From positions 2,176,001 through 2,240,000 of the forward strand of contig CAVUDP010000002.1 of assembly GCA_963740315.1 (NCBI GenBank): 64,000 bases of DNA, written 5' to 3'. The DNA is from an uncultured cyanobacterium. Lineage in GTDB: Bacteria > Cyanobacteriota > Cyanobacteriia > Cyanobacteriales > Nostocaceae. The notes below the pieces were generated by a model. It was not told the origin of the DNA, ran no database searches, and saw nothing but the letters and a program-made list of their open reading frames with translations. The position numbers and the translations under genes are program-made. Shown here in pieces: positions 63,689 through 64,000 of this stretch (positions within the stretch are counted from its first letter, which is position 1; every line of letters starts with the position of its first letter).

Positions 63689-64000
63689 ATTTAATTATCA
63701 AGGATCGCTCGTCAATTATCATATAAAAAGGTTAAAGGTTAAAGGTCTGCATATCAAAGGTATTAAATCACCTCGCAAAAAATGGAACTAACAGATTTTT
63801 ATTAAAAATATCAAATCCTTACTAGGCAAGGGTTTTAAAATGTGTTATTTAGGAGTGAAGACATTACCTCTTGCCAGGTGTAATTTATTGCAAGATACTG
63901 CTTATTAGATTTATATAAAAGCTTCAATATTTTATAGTTGTTTTGAAACCCCGATTATAATAATTATGATGCGGTATTTTTGGTTTGCTAACCTTTACCA

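Overview
AT-rich chromosomal window from a filamentous cyanobacterium, most likely Nostocales (inferred from abundant HIP1 GCGATCGC sites, 7-8 nt STRR tandem repeats, psbA and natFGH-bgtA). In order it holds: a tandem array of secreted internalin-like LRR genes with orphan LRR fragments (1-7.8 kb); FkbM methyltransferase, esterase, HTH protein, subtilase and GNAT; an AbiL/RloAB-like AAA+RloB pair; the N-II amino-acid ABC transporter; a frameshifted Rpn/DUF4351 gene; CPBP protease, creatininase and malic enzyme; a 28.7-35.8 kb accessory locus; psbA; MBOAT + DUF1574; ppc; a metal-homeostasis cluster (CopA-type ATPase, CoaT-like ATPase, MerR regulator with visible operators); a CPA-USP antiporter; and an FAD oxidoreductase. 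The best candidate for an undescribed system is the 28.7-35.8 kb locus. It encodes a Cys-less class-V PLP enzyme, a heme-oxygenase-like diiron enzyme, a GNAT, an SMR exporter, an orphan SsuA/NMT1-like binding lipoprotein and a HAMP-GAF histidine kinase. This make-export-bind-sense layout recalls Vibrio ScrABC S-signal sensing. Second is the LRR array, which shows DNA-level module shuffling. Four genes carry single-nucleotide lesions that may be assembly errors. No rRNA, tRNA or CRISPR array was seen. All family calls come from motif recognition, not database searches.
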